This document shows, one piece after another, positions 13,238 to 26,200 of a stretch of DNA of 64,000 nucleotides (within the stretch, counting starts at the first letter, position 1; each line of letters begins with the position of its first letter). A model generated the notes under the pieces. The model was not told the DNA's origin. It worked only from the letters and a program-made list of their open reading frames with translations, and ran no database searches. The stretch comes from Octopus sinensis (lineage: Eukaryota). The stretch lies in the NCBI RefSeq assembly GCF_006345805.1, contig NC_043010.1:23312001-23376000 (forward strand), written 5' to 3'. A program made the position numbers and the translations under genes.

Positions 13238-13816
13238 AGGCGGCGAGCTGGCAGAAACGTTAGCACCCCGGGCAAAATATTTGGCGGTATTTCGTCTGCG
13301 TTACGTTGTGAGTTCAAATTCCGCCGAGGTCGACTTTGCCTTTCATCCTTTCGGGGTCGATAAATTAAGTACCAGTTACGCATTGGGGTCGATGTAATCG
13401 ACTTAATACCTATGTCTATCCTTGTTTGTCCCCTCTGTGTTTAGCCCCTTGTGGGTAATAAAGAAATAGGTATTTCGTCTGCCGCTATGTTCTGAGTTCA
13501 AAATCCGCCGAGGTCCACTTTGCCTTTCATCCTTTCGGGGTCGATAAATTGAGTACCATTTGTGCACTGGGGTCGATGTAATCGACTTAATCCGTTTGTC
13601 TGTCCTTTGTTGTCCCCTATGTGTTTAGCCCCTTGTTGGTAGTAAAGAAATAGGTATTTCGTCTACCGTTACGTTCTGAGTTCAAATACCGCCGAGATCC
13701 ACTTTGTCTTTCATCGTTTCGGGGTCGATAAATTAAGTACCAGTTGCATACTGGGGTCAGTCTAATAGACTGGCCACTCCTCAAAACTTTGGGCCATGTG
13801 CCTAGAGTAGAAAAGA
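13238..13816 (+). mobile_element. Trimeric Meta/MESC-like tRNA SINE with TSD ATATTTATCT
   Basis: Three tandem body units ('ttcaaa..ccgccgagg..gcctttcatcctttcggggtcgata'); TSD at 13222-13231 and 13817-13826. Confidence 0.85.
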
Positions 13817-14025
13817 ATATTTATCTCTCACTGGATGGAGTTTTTGTTTTGTTGATTCCCCTTATATTAGATATATAATTATAGATCCTATAAGCTATAG
13901 ATCCAACCACATGGTTCTGTATTCAGTCCCAGTGCGTTGGACCTTCGGCAAGTGTTTTCTTGTATAACCTCGGGCTTACCAAAGCCTTGGGTGAATTTAG
14001 TCGACAGAAACTGAAAGAAGCCCGC

Positions 14026-14083
<58 letters not shown>

Positions 14084-14180
14084 ACAAAAGAGGAAAATGC
14101 CACTTGTATTTGAACACTATGCAAATATTCTTTTAAAAACTTTTCTTTAATTTTTTCCAAAATTTAATTGTTTTCCATAC

Positions 14181-14222
14181 TTACAGTTGAAAAAGTCTCA
14201 ATGACTGAAACCGGTACTGAAA
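14181..14222 (+). ncRNA. Decayed hammerhead motif
   Basis: cag-TTGAAAA-agtc-tcaat-gact-GAAACCGGTA-ctg; core has two substitutions relative to CUGANGA. Confidence 0.45.
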
Positions 14223-14485
14223 TGTTTTTTATATAATTATTTTAGCATTTTCTACCTTGCCTGAGTGTCTTTGTGTCTGTGTTTGTCACAGCCCTCCTCA
14301 CTGCTTGGCAACCGATGCTGGCGTGTTTACAAACCCGAAACTTAGCGGTTCGGCAAAATAGACCGATAGAATAAGTACTTGGCTTTAAAATATAATTACC
14401 GGGGTTGATACATTAGACTAAAATTTCTTCAAGGTGGTGTCCCAGCAAGGCTGCAGTTTAATGACCTAAAACAAGTGAAAAAAAT

Positions 14486-14566
14486 ATATCAGGTTGAAAG
14501 CACCGGTTCTCGTCCGAGACTACTTAGTATTTGGGTGACCACTTGGGAAAGCTAGGTGCTGTAAAC
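14486..14566 (+). pseudogene. 5S rRNA pseudogene with internal deletion
   Basis: 'ggttgaaagcaccggttctcgtccga' and 'ttagta..tgggtgacc.cttgggaa..ctaggtgctgta' match the 5' and 3' parts of animal 5S rRNA; the middle (box A region) is missing. Confidence 0.8.
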
Positions 14567-14578
14567 GTCTGTTATTAT

Positions 14579-14753
14579 AGGTGCGGGAGTGGGTTTGTGG
14601 TAAGTAGCTTGCTTAGCAACCAAATAGTTTGAGTTCAGTCCCACTGCGTGGCACCTTGGGCAAGTGTATTCTACTATAGTCTCGGGCAGCCGACCAAAGC
14701 CTTGTAAGTGGATTTAGTGGACGGAAACTGAAGAAGCCGTCGTATATATGTAT

Positions 14754-14809
<56 letters not shown>

Positions 14810-15059
14810 TGTGTGTGTGTGTATGTGCGCGCGCGCGTGTGTGTGTGTGTACGTGTGCGTGTATGTGTCTGTTGGTGTGTGTGTCAGTGTTTGTCCCCTG
14901 CCATCACTTAACAACCGATGTTGGTGTGTTTACTTCCCCATAAGAAGAGACCGATAGAATAAGTATTAGGCTTACAAAGAATAAGTCCTGGGCTCGATTT
15001 GTTCGACAAAAGGCGGTGCTCCAGCATGGCCGCATTCAAATGACTGAAACAAATAAAAG

Positions 15060-15060
<1 letters not shown>
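14579..15060 (+). mobile_element. CORE-type SINE, full length
   Basis: tRNA head, 'gtggcaccttgggcaagtg', microsatellite and LINE-type tail. Confidence 0.85.
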
Positions 15061-15106
<46 letters not shown>

Positions 15107-15134
15107 AGAAAAAAGCAACAAGAATGGATTAGTT

Positions 15135-15226
15135 GTTCAGTACAATTGTTTCATACGAAGAACAGCTTTATTAAAAGCTGCAAATATTGCAGCAAATACA
15201 AGTGTCCCGTATTCATCAGCCAAAAC
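15135..15226 (-). ncRNA. PLE pLTR hammerhead with extended, branched stem II
   Basis: ttgg-CTGATGA-atacggg[~50 nt]ttcgtat-GAAAC-aatt-GTA-ctgaa; same sense as the ORF. Confidence 0.75.
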
Positions 15227-16314
15227 ACTTATGAGTTTTCCAAACATCCTAGCGGGTGAGGCTACACTCATGAAGTATCGAAGAGAGTTCTATAAAAAGC
15301 AAAGTCAGATTGTAAGCAGACTTCAAAAGTTCACTAATGATGCACAGTTTTATAAAAGGTTTTAAAAAAAGTTTGTTAGCTTCACAGAAAAGGTAAATCC
15401 ATCCATAATAATGCAGGTGTAAATTCCGGAGATATGAGGAGATATTTCATACTCAGAGACGATGAATTTATCCATAATAATGTAGATGTAATTTCCTGAT
15501 ATATGAGAAGATGCTGATCACATTTCTATTCATTTCACAAAACTACTATGTTGGAGTTATATTGTCTAAAAGAAGTTAGTGAAGCAGAAAACCGCCCAAA
15601 TAGGGCATTATGGGACAACTGAGAGGAAGGGGTGTAAGTACACAACCTACACAGAATAGTTTATTTCTGTGGTGACAGAAAATCTAGGTCAGAGTTGCAG
15701 GAATCTGAGATTTATAAAAGAGAACATTACTTTTGACCAGCATACAGCTGTTAACTGCCACTTCTACAGAGTTAAAAGCAGATATAAGAATATAAAGAGA
15801 ACAAAAGGAAGTATCAAAGGGGTCAAAGGCTATCAGTAGAGGAAAATACGTTAAGAGGTTTAAGTGCAATACAAGAACAGGAGGTTAATTATTTATTTAT
15901 TTATTTATTATTGTTACTATTTATACAAATGTTTATACATTGTATGACAGACTTTAGGTCTATACCTAGAGGTCAATTAATTTCTATAGTAAAAGGTGTG
16001 AGAGTTTTGTTTATTCAAAAAATAGTGAAAATCATAGTGAAAATTCCTTATATTATTATTAAGGGAGTAGCATTACTTATTAAACTTAGAATAGAATTAT
16101 GAAATATTAGCAACTTATTTGATTTAAGTTGGATTAATTAAATTAGATTAAAATTAGATTAAATTAAATTAACTATATAGTCAATTAAAATTTTTGGTAA
16201 CGTACAAGTACCATTTATTTCTTTGTGTCCTAAAACAGGTACTGTTAGAAAGAAAGAACACCAGTGGAAGAGCTCACAGATATCTATTTAAAATACGATT
16301 ATTCTATACGATTT

Positions 16315-19118
16315 TTATTTAAAATATTTAAGAGTCTTAATTTTCGCGTGAATACAAGATTGACCTAATTCTATACGGTTATTTAACAAATTTTTATTTT
16401 TTCTATGCCTTAGAATTTCATGTCTCCATGGAGCAGAGTTGGCAATCTACCCTGTTATTTCTATAAGGCATCGCTCTTCTAACTATTTCCCAATTAAGGT
16501 TATATTTAATATTATTATTTTTGAGTTCCCAGATCTTACTCGAAAGTGTGGTGCAACCAGCTTTATGACGTAACTTAAATGAGGAGATATGGGTGCTAAC
16601 TCTTTGTTTAAATTTTATAGTACAACCTAAATAAAAAACATTTGCTATTCTCAGTAGTTATGATACATTTATAGATTACGTTATTTACCCCACACAGATC
16701 AGGTGCCGGGCATTTTGACTTAATTCTACAATTACACCTAGGGGGATCATCTTCAGATGTAGAATTATTTAAGGATAAATATCCCATATTGTTGCTATTC
16801 TGATTATTATGAGTATATTTATCGTTATTATAGTTAATGTTGTTATCTAAAGCAGTGTTATCATTTATCGATCCGTTTATACTATCATTCAGTTCTATAG
16901 CCCTATCATAATTACTCACATTATTGGTATTGCTACTATTGTTGCTTGTATTTATATCCGAATGCATATTGCTGTTATAGATATCAATGTTGTCTTCATT
17001 CCCGATATTGTCTCTATTAGCATTGCTCATATTATTAACATTATTAATCCTATTAATATTAATATTATTATTAGTTATTCCATGGTTATTGATGCTACCT
17101 TTGTTTTGATAGTTACTATTATTGTGGTTATTATTTTTATTTTTGATAATATTATTACAATTGTTATTGGTATTCATGTTGGTATTAGTCTTATTATTCC
17201 TGGCTAGCTTAATGTTTTTATTATTAATCTTAGCTATTATAGTGGACATATTTGGGAGGGTTGAATAAGAAATCCTAACCGTTCTTTTAGAAATTATTCT
17301 ATGATATTTATGAGAGGCTGGGAATTTTTTTTCTAGAATTACTTTGAATCTGCCTTGTATATTCGATAAAATCGCACAGTTGAAAGGAATATTCAGCCAG
17401 ATTATATCTTTCTTATTAAATTTCCTTAAATTAGAATTAGGGTTAGTTGAATTATTACTAATCCCACCAGAGCTATTATATTTATTACTATTATTTGTAT
17501 GCTTTTTTTGATTTATCTAAATTGGTTTTATCAGAGTTACCTATGCTCTGGTCTATATTTTTATTCTTATGATTAGGCTTGTACGTTAGATTTGTTGCCA
17601 TCGTAAATCTATTTCTACTTTTATTTCGGGCGCGATCTATATTGTTGTTTACGTGGTTACTGCTACCTCCTTTGTTAGGAATATGTAAGCTCTCCTTATC
17701 AATAAAGGTAATCTTTTGGTTGTATCCTGCCTTAGATAACGCCGCATTATAATGCTCAGAATGAGAGTTAAATATATCATTATTAGATGATAATTTAGAG
17801 ATTCTTAAGGAAATATTTCTAACCAAAGATTTAATTATATTTGGGAGATGATTGGATAATTTATTTACGTATCTCGTGATTTCACCTTCCTTTCTAAATG
17901 GGTAATGCAGCTTAGAGTTAAGGTCTAATGTAATATCTAGGAAATTGACTATTTTAGTGCCAGGTTCATAAGTTATGCTAAGGTTGAAATCTTTAAAGAA
18001 CCTATTAATTTTCTTTCTAATCCGTTCAATGCTAGATTTATTATTACCAGGAATAACAAACAGAGCATCATCCCTGTATAGACCACCTTGTAATTCCGGG
18101 ATCTCCTTTTTTATGCACTTTAATATATACGCACCTACCAAATAGTTACCACAGCCGAATCACTAGAACCCTTGGGTATATCGAAATTATTAGGGGTATC
18201 TGCTCTAGTCCATAATTTTCCTTCAAATTCTATAAATGTTTTTCTAGCTAATAGCACTATGTCGATTTCCTCTCTAGATATGAGGGAGCGATTCATAGCA
18301 AATATAAGTGATTTATTTAGCAAAATGGGGGAAATACTAGAGTAATAATTATTCATGTCGAACTGAATAAAGGAAAGACTACTAGTATTAGTTAGAGAGT
18401 TAAACCATTTTAATACTTCATCGGTATTTAGCCAGAGACTTAAGGGAAGAATCGGGGTTATTTGGGGTAGAACAGTATCCAGGATAGATATACTAAGCCG
18501 GCCAATATCTGACTTACCGAAGGGTTTTCCATGAAATTCCTTTTGTGGTCCTTAAGGTTGATTCTAGGTTCACATGGTTTAAGCGCTCCGTTCTATCCGT
18601 TAAATTGTATCTTTCCGTAATTTCCTTCATTTCTAGGTTTATTTTTTCAAATTTTTCTTTGTAGTAATTATATATTTGGAGTTGAGTTCCTTCTTAATTA
18701 GCTTGCTATAAAGAGTGTAGTCTACTCTATACAGATTACCAGTTTTATCCGCTGGCACTAAGATTCCTTGTTTATTCCGAGTTGAATAAATAAAGTTTCT
18801 GAGATGTTTGAGGTGAGGGTTGTATCTTAACGGGTGTTCTTTGAATTTAATATCTTCTATAAGATTCAGTAAATCTTTTTCGAAATTTTCCAGGAGTGGG
18901 TTCGGAGGCGGGCTCTTTCTGCTTCTAAATATTCTCCCATAGTTCTTATCAGTATTCCTTACTTGAGGATCCTTTTTCCGCTTGACATCAAAATGGTAAG
19001 TTTTCCATTTAATTCTTCTAATGAAGTCATTAATCCTATGGATAAGTAGCCAGATATATTCATCCTAACTCTGTAAGGGGATGTCTTTAGGGGAAAACTC
19101 TATGTTTACTTTCTCCAT
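16315..19118 (-). pseudogene. PLE RT-GIY-YIG ORF, disrupted by stops and frameshifts
   Basis: MEKVNIEFSPKDIP...FIRRIKWK, VPADKTGNLY, PKGSSDS, GGLYRDDAL, VNFLDITLDL, CNCRIKSKCP...C, VIYKC...YLGCT, LNNRIELGQSCIH. Confidence 0.88.
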
Positions 19119-19201
19119 TCTTGTTGAGAAATTAAGTACCAGAAAAACATACAGACTATATGGGAATATATTTTCAGTAAAAACAATTAAGATTCAAGTG
19201 A

Positions 19202-19293
19202 GTTTTGGCTGATGAATACAGGACACTTGTATTTGCTGCAATATTTGCAGCTTTTAATGAAGCTGTTCTTGGTATAAAACAATTGTACTGAAC
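19202..19293 (+). ncRNA. Inverted, mutated copy of the pLTR hammerhead
   Basis: CTGATGA at 19209; GAAA has become AAAA. Confidence 0.55.
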
Positions 19294-19456
19294 AACTAAT
19301 CCATTCTTGTTGCTTTTTTCTTGTTTATAATCACCCCACATTATTTTATGTTTAATACCATATAGATTTCTGGTGCATCTAAGTTAAGTACTGCATTCAT
19401 GTGAATTCATTGGAATTCACTTGAATCTTAATTGTTTTAATGAATATATATATCTA

Positions 19457-19581
<125 letters not shown>

Positions 19582-20304
19582 AAATGAACGTCTTTCACTT
19601 TCCGTCTACCGAATCCAGTCACGATAGTTGGGCTGCCTAAGGATATAGTAGAAGACATATGCCCAAGGTACCACGCAGCGGGACTGAACCTGGAACTGTG
19701 TGGTTCTTACCAAACAGCCACACCTGCGCCCGTATGTAACAAGAAAAAAAAAAGGAAAAGAGAATATATTCTTTTAATGTTTTACATAGAATTTCCACTG
19801 TTTTGATGCAACATTTCAATGATTTATGTATTATTCATTTGCGCGTAATCTTAGTTGCTGGTTTGTAAAATGCTTCCGGTTATCTTTTTGCTTTTTGGTT
19901 GTTTTTTAAATATCCTTTAACCACAAACGGATGAATAGGTTTATCAGAATTATCTCAGATAAATCAAACAAAGGACTAGCAGCAGCTAAGCCAGGCTGCA
20001 GGCAGGGCAGACAGACGGTTATGGTAAAGTCTAGCCCTATATGAAAGGTCTTCAAATAAACATCAAATATGAAAGGTTTCTGCAGAAGACAATCGGGAGA
20101 GCGGAAGCACTGGAGTGTCTTCTAAGATGGCGGCTGTTCTTAATTCCAGCTTGCACAATTTTCCAGACTATATCACACGTCATACAACAGCTGCCTCAGG
20201 CATTTTTGTTCAATAAATACTGAACATTATTACCACCCCTCTCTCCTCTACTTTTCTTCTTCCCTATCTTTTCTTTTTCTATATTTTTCCCTATCTTCAT
20301 CATC

Positions 20305-20339
<35 letters not shown>

Positions 20340-20344
<5 letters not shown>

Positions 20345-21615
20345 CCACCACAACCACCACAACCACTACCACCATCATCATCATCATCATCATCATCATC
20401 ATATTTTCTTTTTTGTCTTCTTTTCCTTCTTTTTCCTTCTGCTCGTCGTTGTCCTATAATCTAACCCTGAAAATAGAATTGTAATGTATAGTCAACCTGA
20501 TTCCCTTTTTTCCCTATTCATTTATAAGTTTCATATTTTGATTATAATTGTATTTTGTCTCTAACTACACCTATGGGTTTACTTTTGCTTGTAAACTGCT
20601 GGAAATGACACATCACTTTGAGTAAACATGCTTACATGATGGTAAGATCTAACGAAAGACTTATTTAAACATTCATCTGAAGAAGTGCATTTTAAACTTT
20701 TCAAATGCATTATAATGATAACACAACATCTCAACAATGTACTAAGGAGGTAAAAAGATATCGAAACAATTGTAGAAATTTTAAAATAAAGAATTTCTTT
20801 CATTTCATTCGTGGCTCTTATAAGTTTGTTTTCAATACATATATATACCTGCAATTATTGGGGCCCTGGGATATGTAACACACTGCCAAAATACCAATCT
20901 TGAGAAATTAGGCATTCTCAAAACCAGAAAGGAGAAACCTGATTCGAAGACTACAGATCTAATCCATTACTGGAACTGTAAAAATCTTTGGAACTTGCCA
21001 GAAGTTTATCATTTAAATACATATGAGCATGTCTAGATATGCAAATGTATGCATGAGAATACATATATGAAACAAAGCATACAAATCTGCACACATAAAA
21101 CAAATCTGCACACATATATAAAATACACAAATCTCGTTGTTGATGTTGAAATTCCAATGAAGCACATTTGGGTCGAGGTTAGAAACCGGCTTTTTCTCTG
21201 CATACATACATACATACATACATACATACATACATACATACATACATACATACATACATACATACATACATAAACTTTCAGTCCATACACGCCAAATCAA
21301 TTTGAATCTTTCTCAGTCGAAAGACTATACCATGTTCTCCGTTTGTTTGTTTCTTTATTTTTGGGGGATATATTTTTTTTGTCTTTGCACTTAGCTTAGA
21401 CTTTTTTGGGGACAACAAGATCGAACCATCTCAAGTATAACTGTTCTCCGAAACGGTCGTGACTTCTGGTACATGACTGCAGAATGAAAGCCAAGAATGA
21501 CCCGTCTTTTTCTGCCTGCCCTTCTAAATATTGTTTCTCTAGAATGCCTTTCTGTCGCCTATCCGTCCGTACGTTTTAGTGCCCTCTATTGCGTTTTTGT
21601 CCTATTTATACATAT
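20340..21615. repeat. Left arm of a ~1.3-kb inverted duplication
   Basis: Reverse complement of ~26715-27995; mirrored ORFs in the track. Confidence 0.92.
20818..21270 (+). mobile_element. 3' end of an RLE-type (R4/Dong-like) non-LTR retrotransposon ending in (CATA)n
   Basis: Translates IPAIIGALGYVTHCQNTNLEKLG...IRRLQI*SITGTVKIFGTCQKFII* (stop 21014-16), typical of the restriction-like endonuclease C-terminus; 3' UTR followed by (CATA)n. Confidence 0.7.
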
Positions 21616-22396
21616 ATGTATATATGTGAACAGGAATTAATCTTCTCTCTTCGCTCTAATATGCCATTTGGTCTCAACTCTCCCCCTCCACATCTAACCC
21701 CCCTCTCCCCCCTCCTCATCTAACCTCCCCCCCGACTCCTACTTCTCTTCAGTCCTTCATCCTTTCACCCCTAAACCTCTTCCCTTCTTCCCTCTTTCTC
21801 CCTCCCTCCTTCTTCCCTCTTTCTCCCTCCCTCCTTCTTCCCTCTTCCCCTTCCCTCTGCTCCCTCACTCCCCTTCTCTCTCTCTCCCCCTCTCCCTCTA
21901 TCCTCCCTCCTCCCCTCCCCTCCCCCCCTCTCCTTCCTTCTCCTCTCCTTCCTTCTCCTCTCCTTCCTTCTCCTCTCCATCCTTCTCCCCCCTCCCCTCC
22001 CTCCTCTTCTCCTCTCTACACTACACCATACGACTTTACACATCATATATACATACACACGTCTAGACCTCTCATACGCACTAATACCCCCTCTTCTCCT
22101 CTCTCTACACTACACCATACGACTTTACACATCACATCATATATACATACACACGTCTAGACCTCTCATACGCACTAATACTCTCTCATACACACACACA
22201 CACTCTTCTCATACACACACACACACTCTTATGTTTGAGCGGGGGTCATTCAACCCTATTATCTCCCCTAATTTCGCTCTTGCGTCTCATGTTTGATCTT
22301 TGACTTCTGGCCGAAATCAGATCGCCATGTTGATTCGCTAGCTTTTGCACGCATACTTTTTTCTCTCCTTCTTTCTGTGTTTTTTTTCTCTGTGTA

Positions 22397-22434
22397 TCTT
22401 TCTGTTGAAGAGCGTAGGCTCGAAACGTTAAAGA
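22397..22434 (+). ncRNA. Minimal PLE-type hammerhead motif (CUGUUGA core)
   Basis: tcttt-CTGTTGA-a-gagc-gtag-gctc-GAAACGTT-aaaga; same family as 9992. Confidence 0.55.
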
Positions 22435-22698
22435 CTTGTTTCATTTATATTTCCTGAGCGCCATACTAATACAATTGTTGTTTGTATTCCACCTGCCTTC
22501 GTCTTTTGTCTATTTTCCTAAAGCTTACCGTTATATATATATGTATACGTATATATATATGTATATATATATATGTATATATTTATATGTATATATGTAT
22601 ATAAATATATATATATGTCTATATATGTATAATATATGTATATATATGAATATATATATGTTATATATATATATGTATATATAATGTATATATATATG

Positions 22699-22756
<58 letters not shown>

Positions 22757-22781
22757 TATATGTTATATATATATATAATAT

Positions 22782-22833
<52 letters not shown>

Positions 22834-23025
22834 TATATATGTATATATATGTACCTTGTTTTTCTGTTGTAACAAAATGGCTGTTCCGTTTTCGTTCCTG
22901 TTGAGTTTTACGTCTATTTGTGGTGTCCTGTACGTATATATATTTATACATGCATGTATATATACATGTAGATGTCGGTACGTACATATATGTTTGTATG
23001 TATGCATATATTTTATTTATTACAC

Positions 23026-23095
<70 letters not shown>

Positions 23096-23233
23096 GAGGC
23101 GCAATGGCCCAGTGGTTAGAGCAGCGGACTCGCGGTCATAGGATCGCGGTTTCGATTCCCAGACCGGGTGTTGTGAGTTTTTATTGAGCGAAAACACCTA
23201 AAAGCTCCACGAGTCACCGGCCGGGGGTGGTGA
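23096..23233 (+). mobile_element. 3'-truncated tRNA(Arg-like) SINE
   Basis: 'ggaggcgcaatggcccagtggttagagcagcggactcgcggtcataggatcgcggtttcgattcc'; full copy at 55412. Confidence 0.8.
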
Positions 23234-26200
23234 TCACTCCTGTACTCTTGCAAACACTTTAATGATGTGGGAGGTGAGTGAGATTGGGCGATAGTTGACT
23301 GCGAGGGATCTGTTTCCCTGTTTGAAAACCGGGATGACCGACTGGGTTAGAAACTGTTTCGGTATATAACCTGCGTCTAACGAATTTCTCCAGAGGTTGG
23401 TCAGAGGGACTGCAAGTTGGTGTCTACATTCCTTCAGGAGACTAGCGGGGAATCTATCAGGGCCTACAGCAGAGTAGTATTTGACCTCATTTATTGCTGC
23501 TACGATGTCAGTAGCAGTGAAGGTTATGTCTGAGATTTTATGTTGGGAGTTAACTTCGTTCGCTTCTCTTACGTCAATATCAGTGGGAACACTGAAGACA
23601 GAGCAGTATTGTTTCTGCAGTATTTCTGCCATTTCTTTAGCAACGTGTTGGGGAATGCCGTTATCATCAATCAATGGCCCAATGGGTGAGACAGTAGTTC
23701 TATGTTTATTTGCATTAGAATAGAACACTTTTGGGTTCTGTTTGATGTTTTTGATTACCCACTGTTCCTCCACAGCTCTTTGATTTTCAATGGAGGTTTT
23801 CATGTCGGTCTGCAGATGAAGTTTTTCCAGCTCTAGTCTTTTCATTGTTGTTGAATGTGGATGTTGTGTGTGGGAATATTTTAATTGGTTGATTTTTTGT
23901 TGAGTCTTTTGATGCGCCTGATGAGTGTTTTTTTCTTTTTAGGGAGCCGGTTTCTGCTTGTGTTAGTAGATTTCGTGGGAGCGTGTTTAGAGCATGTATA
24001 GGTGACAATGTTTTCAAAGTACTGCCACGCGGTCTCAATATGGGAGGAATTGAGAGTAAAAGACCAGTCGATGGAAGACAGATCCTTTCTGATTGCTCCC
24101 CAGTCCGCTTTGTGGAAGTTTATGTTGTCAAATGGTTGCCATGGAGTGGGATTGGCTGGTTTGGTTTTTATATGACGGGAATTAAAATTGCAGAGTACCA
24201 TGTCGTGGTCTGAGAGAAGAGTTTTTTCAACTAAAATACTGTGAACGAAGCTAGAATGATTGGTCAATACCAGATCCGAGGTCGTTTTATTCTGCCTCGT
24301 TGGTTCGAGCTCTAGCTGAGTCAGGAAATACTCATCCATCAGATTAAAGAGCAGTTCTGCTGCTGTTCTATCTGATGTAGAGCACTTGCCTAACTTCAGA
24401 GTATTTGTGGGCCAGTTCACATGAGGGAGGTTAAAATCACCCATCACTAGTATGTTAGCGGAGTGGTACTTCCGAAGGACGGACTTGACTTTGCTAAGGC
24501 ACTCTTCAAAGCACTTTAGAGGTGCCTGGGGAGGCCTGTAAAGACCAACAATGATTATGTCCTTGGCCTTGCTGAATACTGATACCGATTCACAGTAGCC
24601 ATTGGAAAATATGTCCTCGGCATCAAGTGAAAAGGAGTCATGGATAAAAATGGCTGTCCTTCCCATATTTCGGTCTGTGCGATCCGCACGAACAATGTTG
24701 AAATCTTTTATTTTCACCTCGGCGTCCATATGGGTGTTGTTCAAGTGAGTCTCTGTAGGGATAAAGAAAGGGAAGCAATGTGCCATTTCGGCAACCAACT
24801 CTCTATTTATGGGAGCTTCCATTTTTGGGCAGTAATTCATGGGTTGATGCGACGTACATTTAACAGGAATGTCGAGGTAAGGGAAGTTGATGTTTGCATT
24901 GTTCTAAGTTATGTTTTATGTTGTTCAGTGGTACGAATGTGGGTAGTTCTTGTATGGAGCTGTGTGTGTATGATTTTCTTGTTGGTAATGGGTGTGTGGT
25001 CCTTGTGATTTGCATAGGTGGTTGCTGATAGCTCGTTGGATCTCCTGGCTTAGGTCGGCCTTCATATTTTCTAGGTAAGTTAGTAAAAAAGAGTTACCTC
25101 TTTGGTTTGCCACTTGGTCAGAGGATGCATATTTCATATTGGTGTTATTTGGTGTTACGGTTTTTTCATGGTTCTGTCTACGTTGTTTGATAGTAGGAGG
25201 GGGGAACGTGGTTGTATTTTGTTCTTGTTGTTGTCTTAGATTTCCTCTGTTGCTGTTTAAATTTATTCAGGCTGTAGTAGCAGTAGTATTAGAGTGTTGT
25301 TGTTGTTGTTGTTGCTGTAGCAACAGTGAAACTTGACTTGTAGCAGAGTGTTGTTGTTGTTGTTGTAGCAACAGTGAAACTTGACTTGTAGCAGAGTGTT
25401 GTTGTTGTTGTTGTAGCAACAGTGAAACTTGACTTGTAGCAGAGTGTTGTTGTTGTTGTTGTTGTTGTTCTTGTAGCAACAGTGAAACTTGACTTGGTCA
25501 CAAACTGTGCCAAACTTCTGTGTCACAAAGGATGTACCTGAACCCAGAATGCAACCACCATCATCTGAAGGTCAGTTGTTTGTTGCTGTTGAAGTGTCTC
25601 CTGACCTGTTGGAATTTGGTCATTTGGTGCACTGCATTCATTGGCAAGAATGGCTTCTAGTGTTGCCATGTGCGCGTGGAAAATAGGAAATATTCTTTTA
25701 ATCTCTTATTTTATTTTCGTCCTGTTTTACAGATCTGTAAATGGATTGTTTCGTTAAGTCCTCTGTTATTTTACTGTAAACATTAGCTTCGTTGTGATGA
25801 ATGAACCAAGCGTTTATCATTGCAGTAATTTCATTTTCAACCCAGCGGCGTTTTGAATATTATTGGCCATATTCAGTGGGACAGTATTGTATAATATATA
25901 TATGTATGTGTATGCGTGTATATGTATATGTACACCAGTTATTGATGGCTTGATGTAAAATAGTGAATACGTCGTTGAAAAGTTTGTGTCGATATACTCG
26001 GTATATACTTGTGTGTGGGAGAGCTCTGTGTATTTAGTACAATCAGGATGAGCGGTGTGTTTAATAGAGATCAAGGAAAAAGAATGAAGAATTGTACTCA
26101 CGGGACTAGTTTTAGAACTAGTCTTGGGTTTAGTTTTGGTTTATATTTCTTTCTCCAGGTTGTATATAGATTTGTATAAATTAATCCTCGGATGGTAGTA

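Larger units (their letters stand above)
15103..19440 (-). mobile_element. Penelope-like retroelement with inverted pseudo-LTR
   Basis: RT plus GIY-YIG pseudo-ORF; 15103-15230 is an inverted copy of 19200-19328; HHR in the pLTR; flanked by (TA)n. Confidence 0.9.

Noticed and set aside
20670-20720. CTGAAGA plus hairpin as a hammerhead
   Set aside because: No GAAA core after the hairpin.
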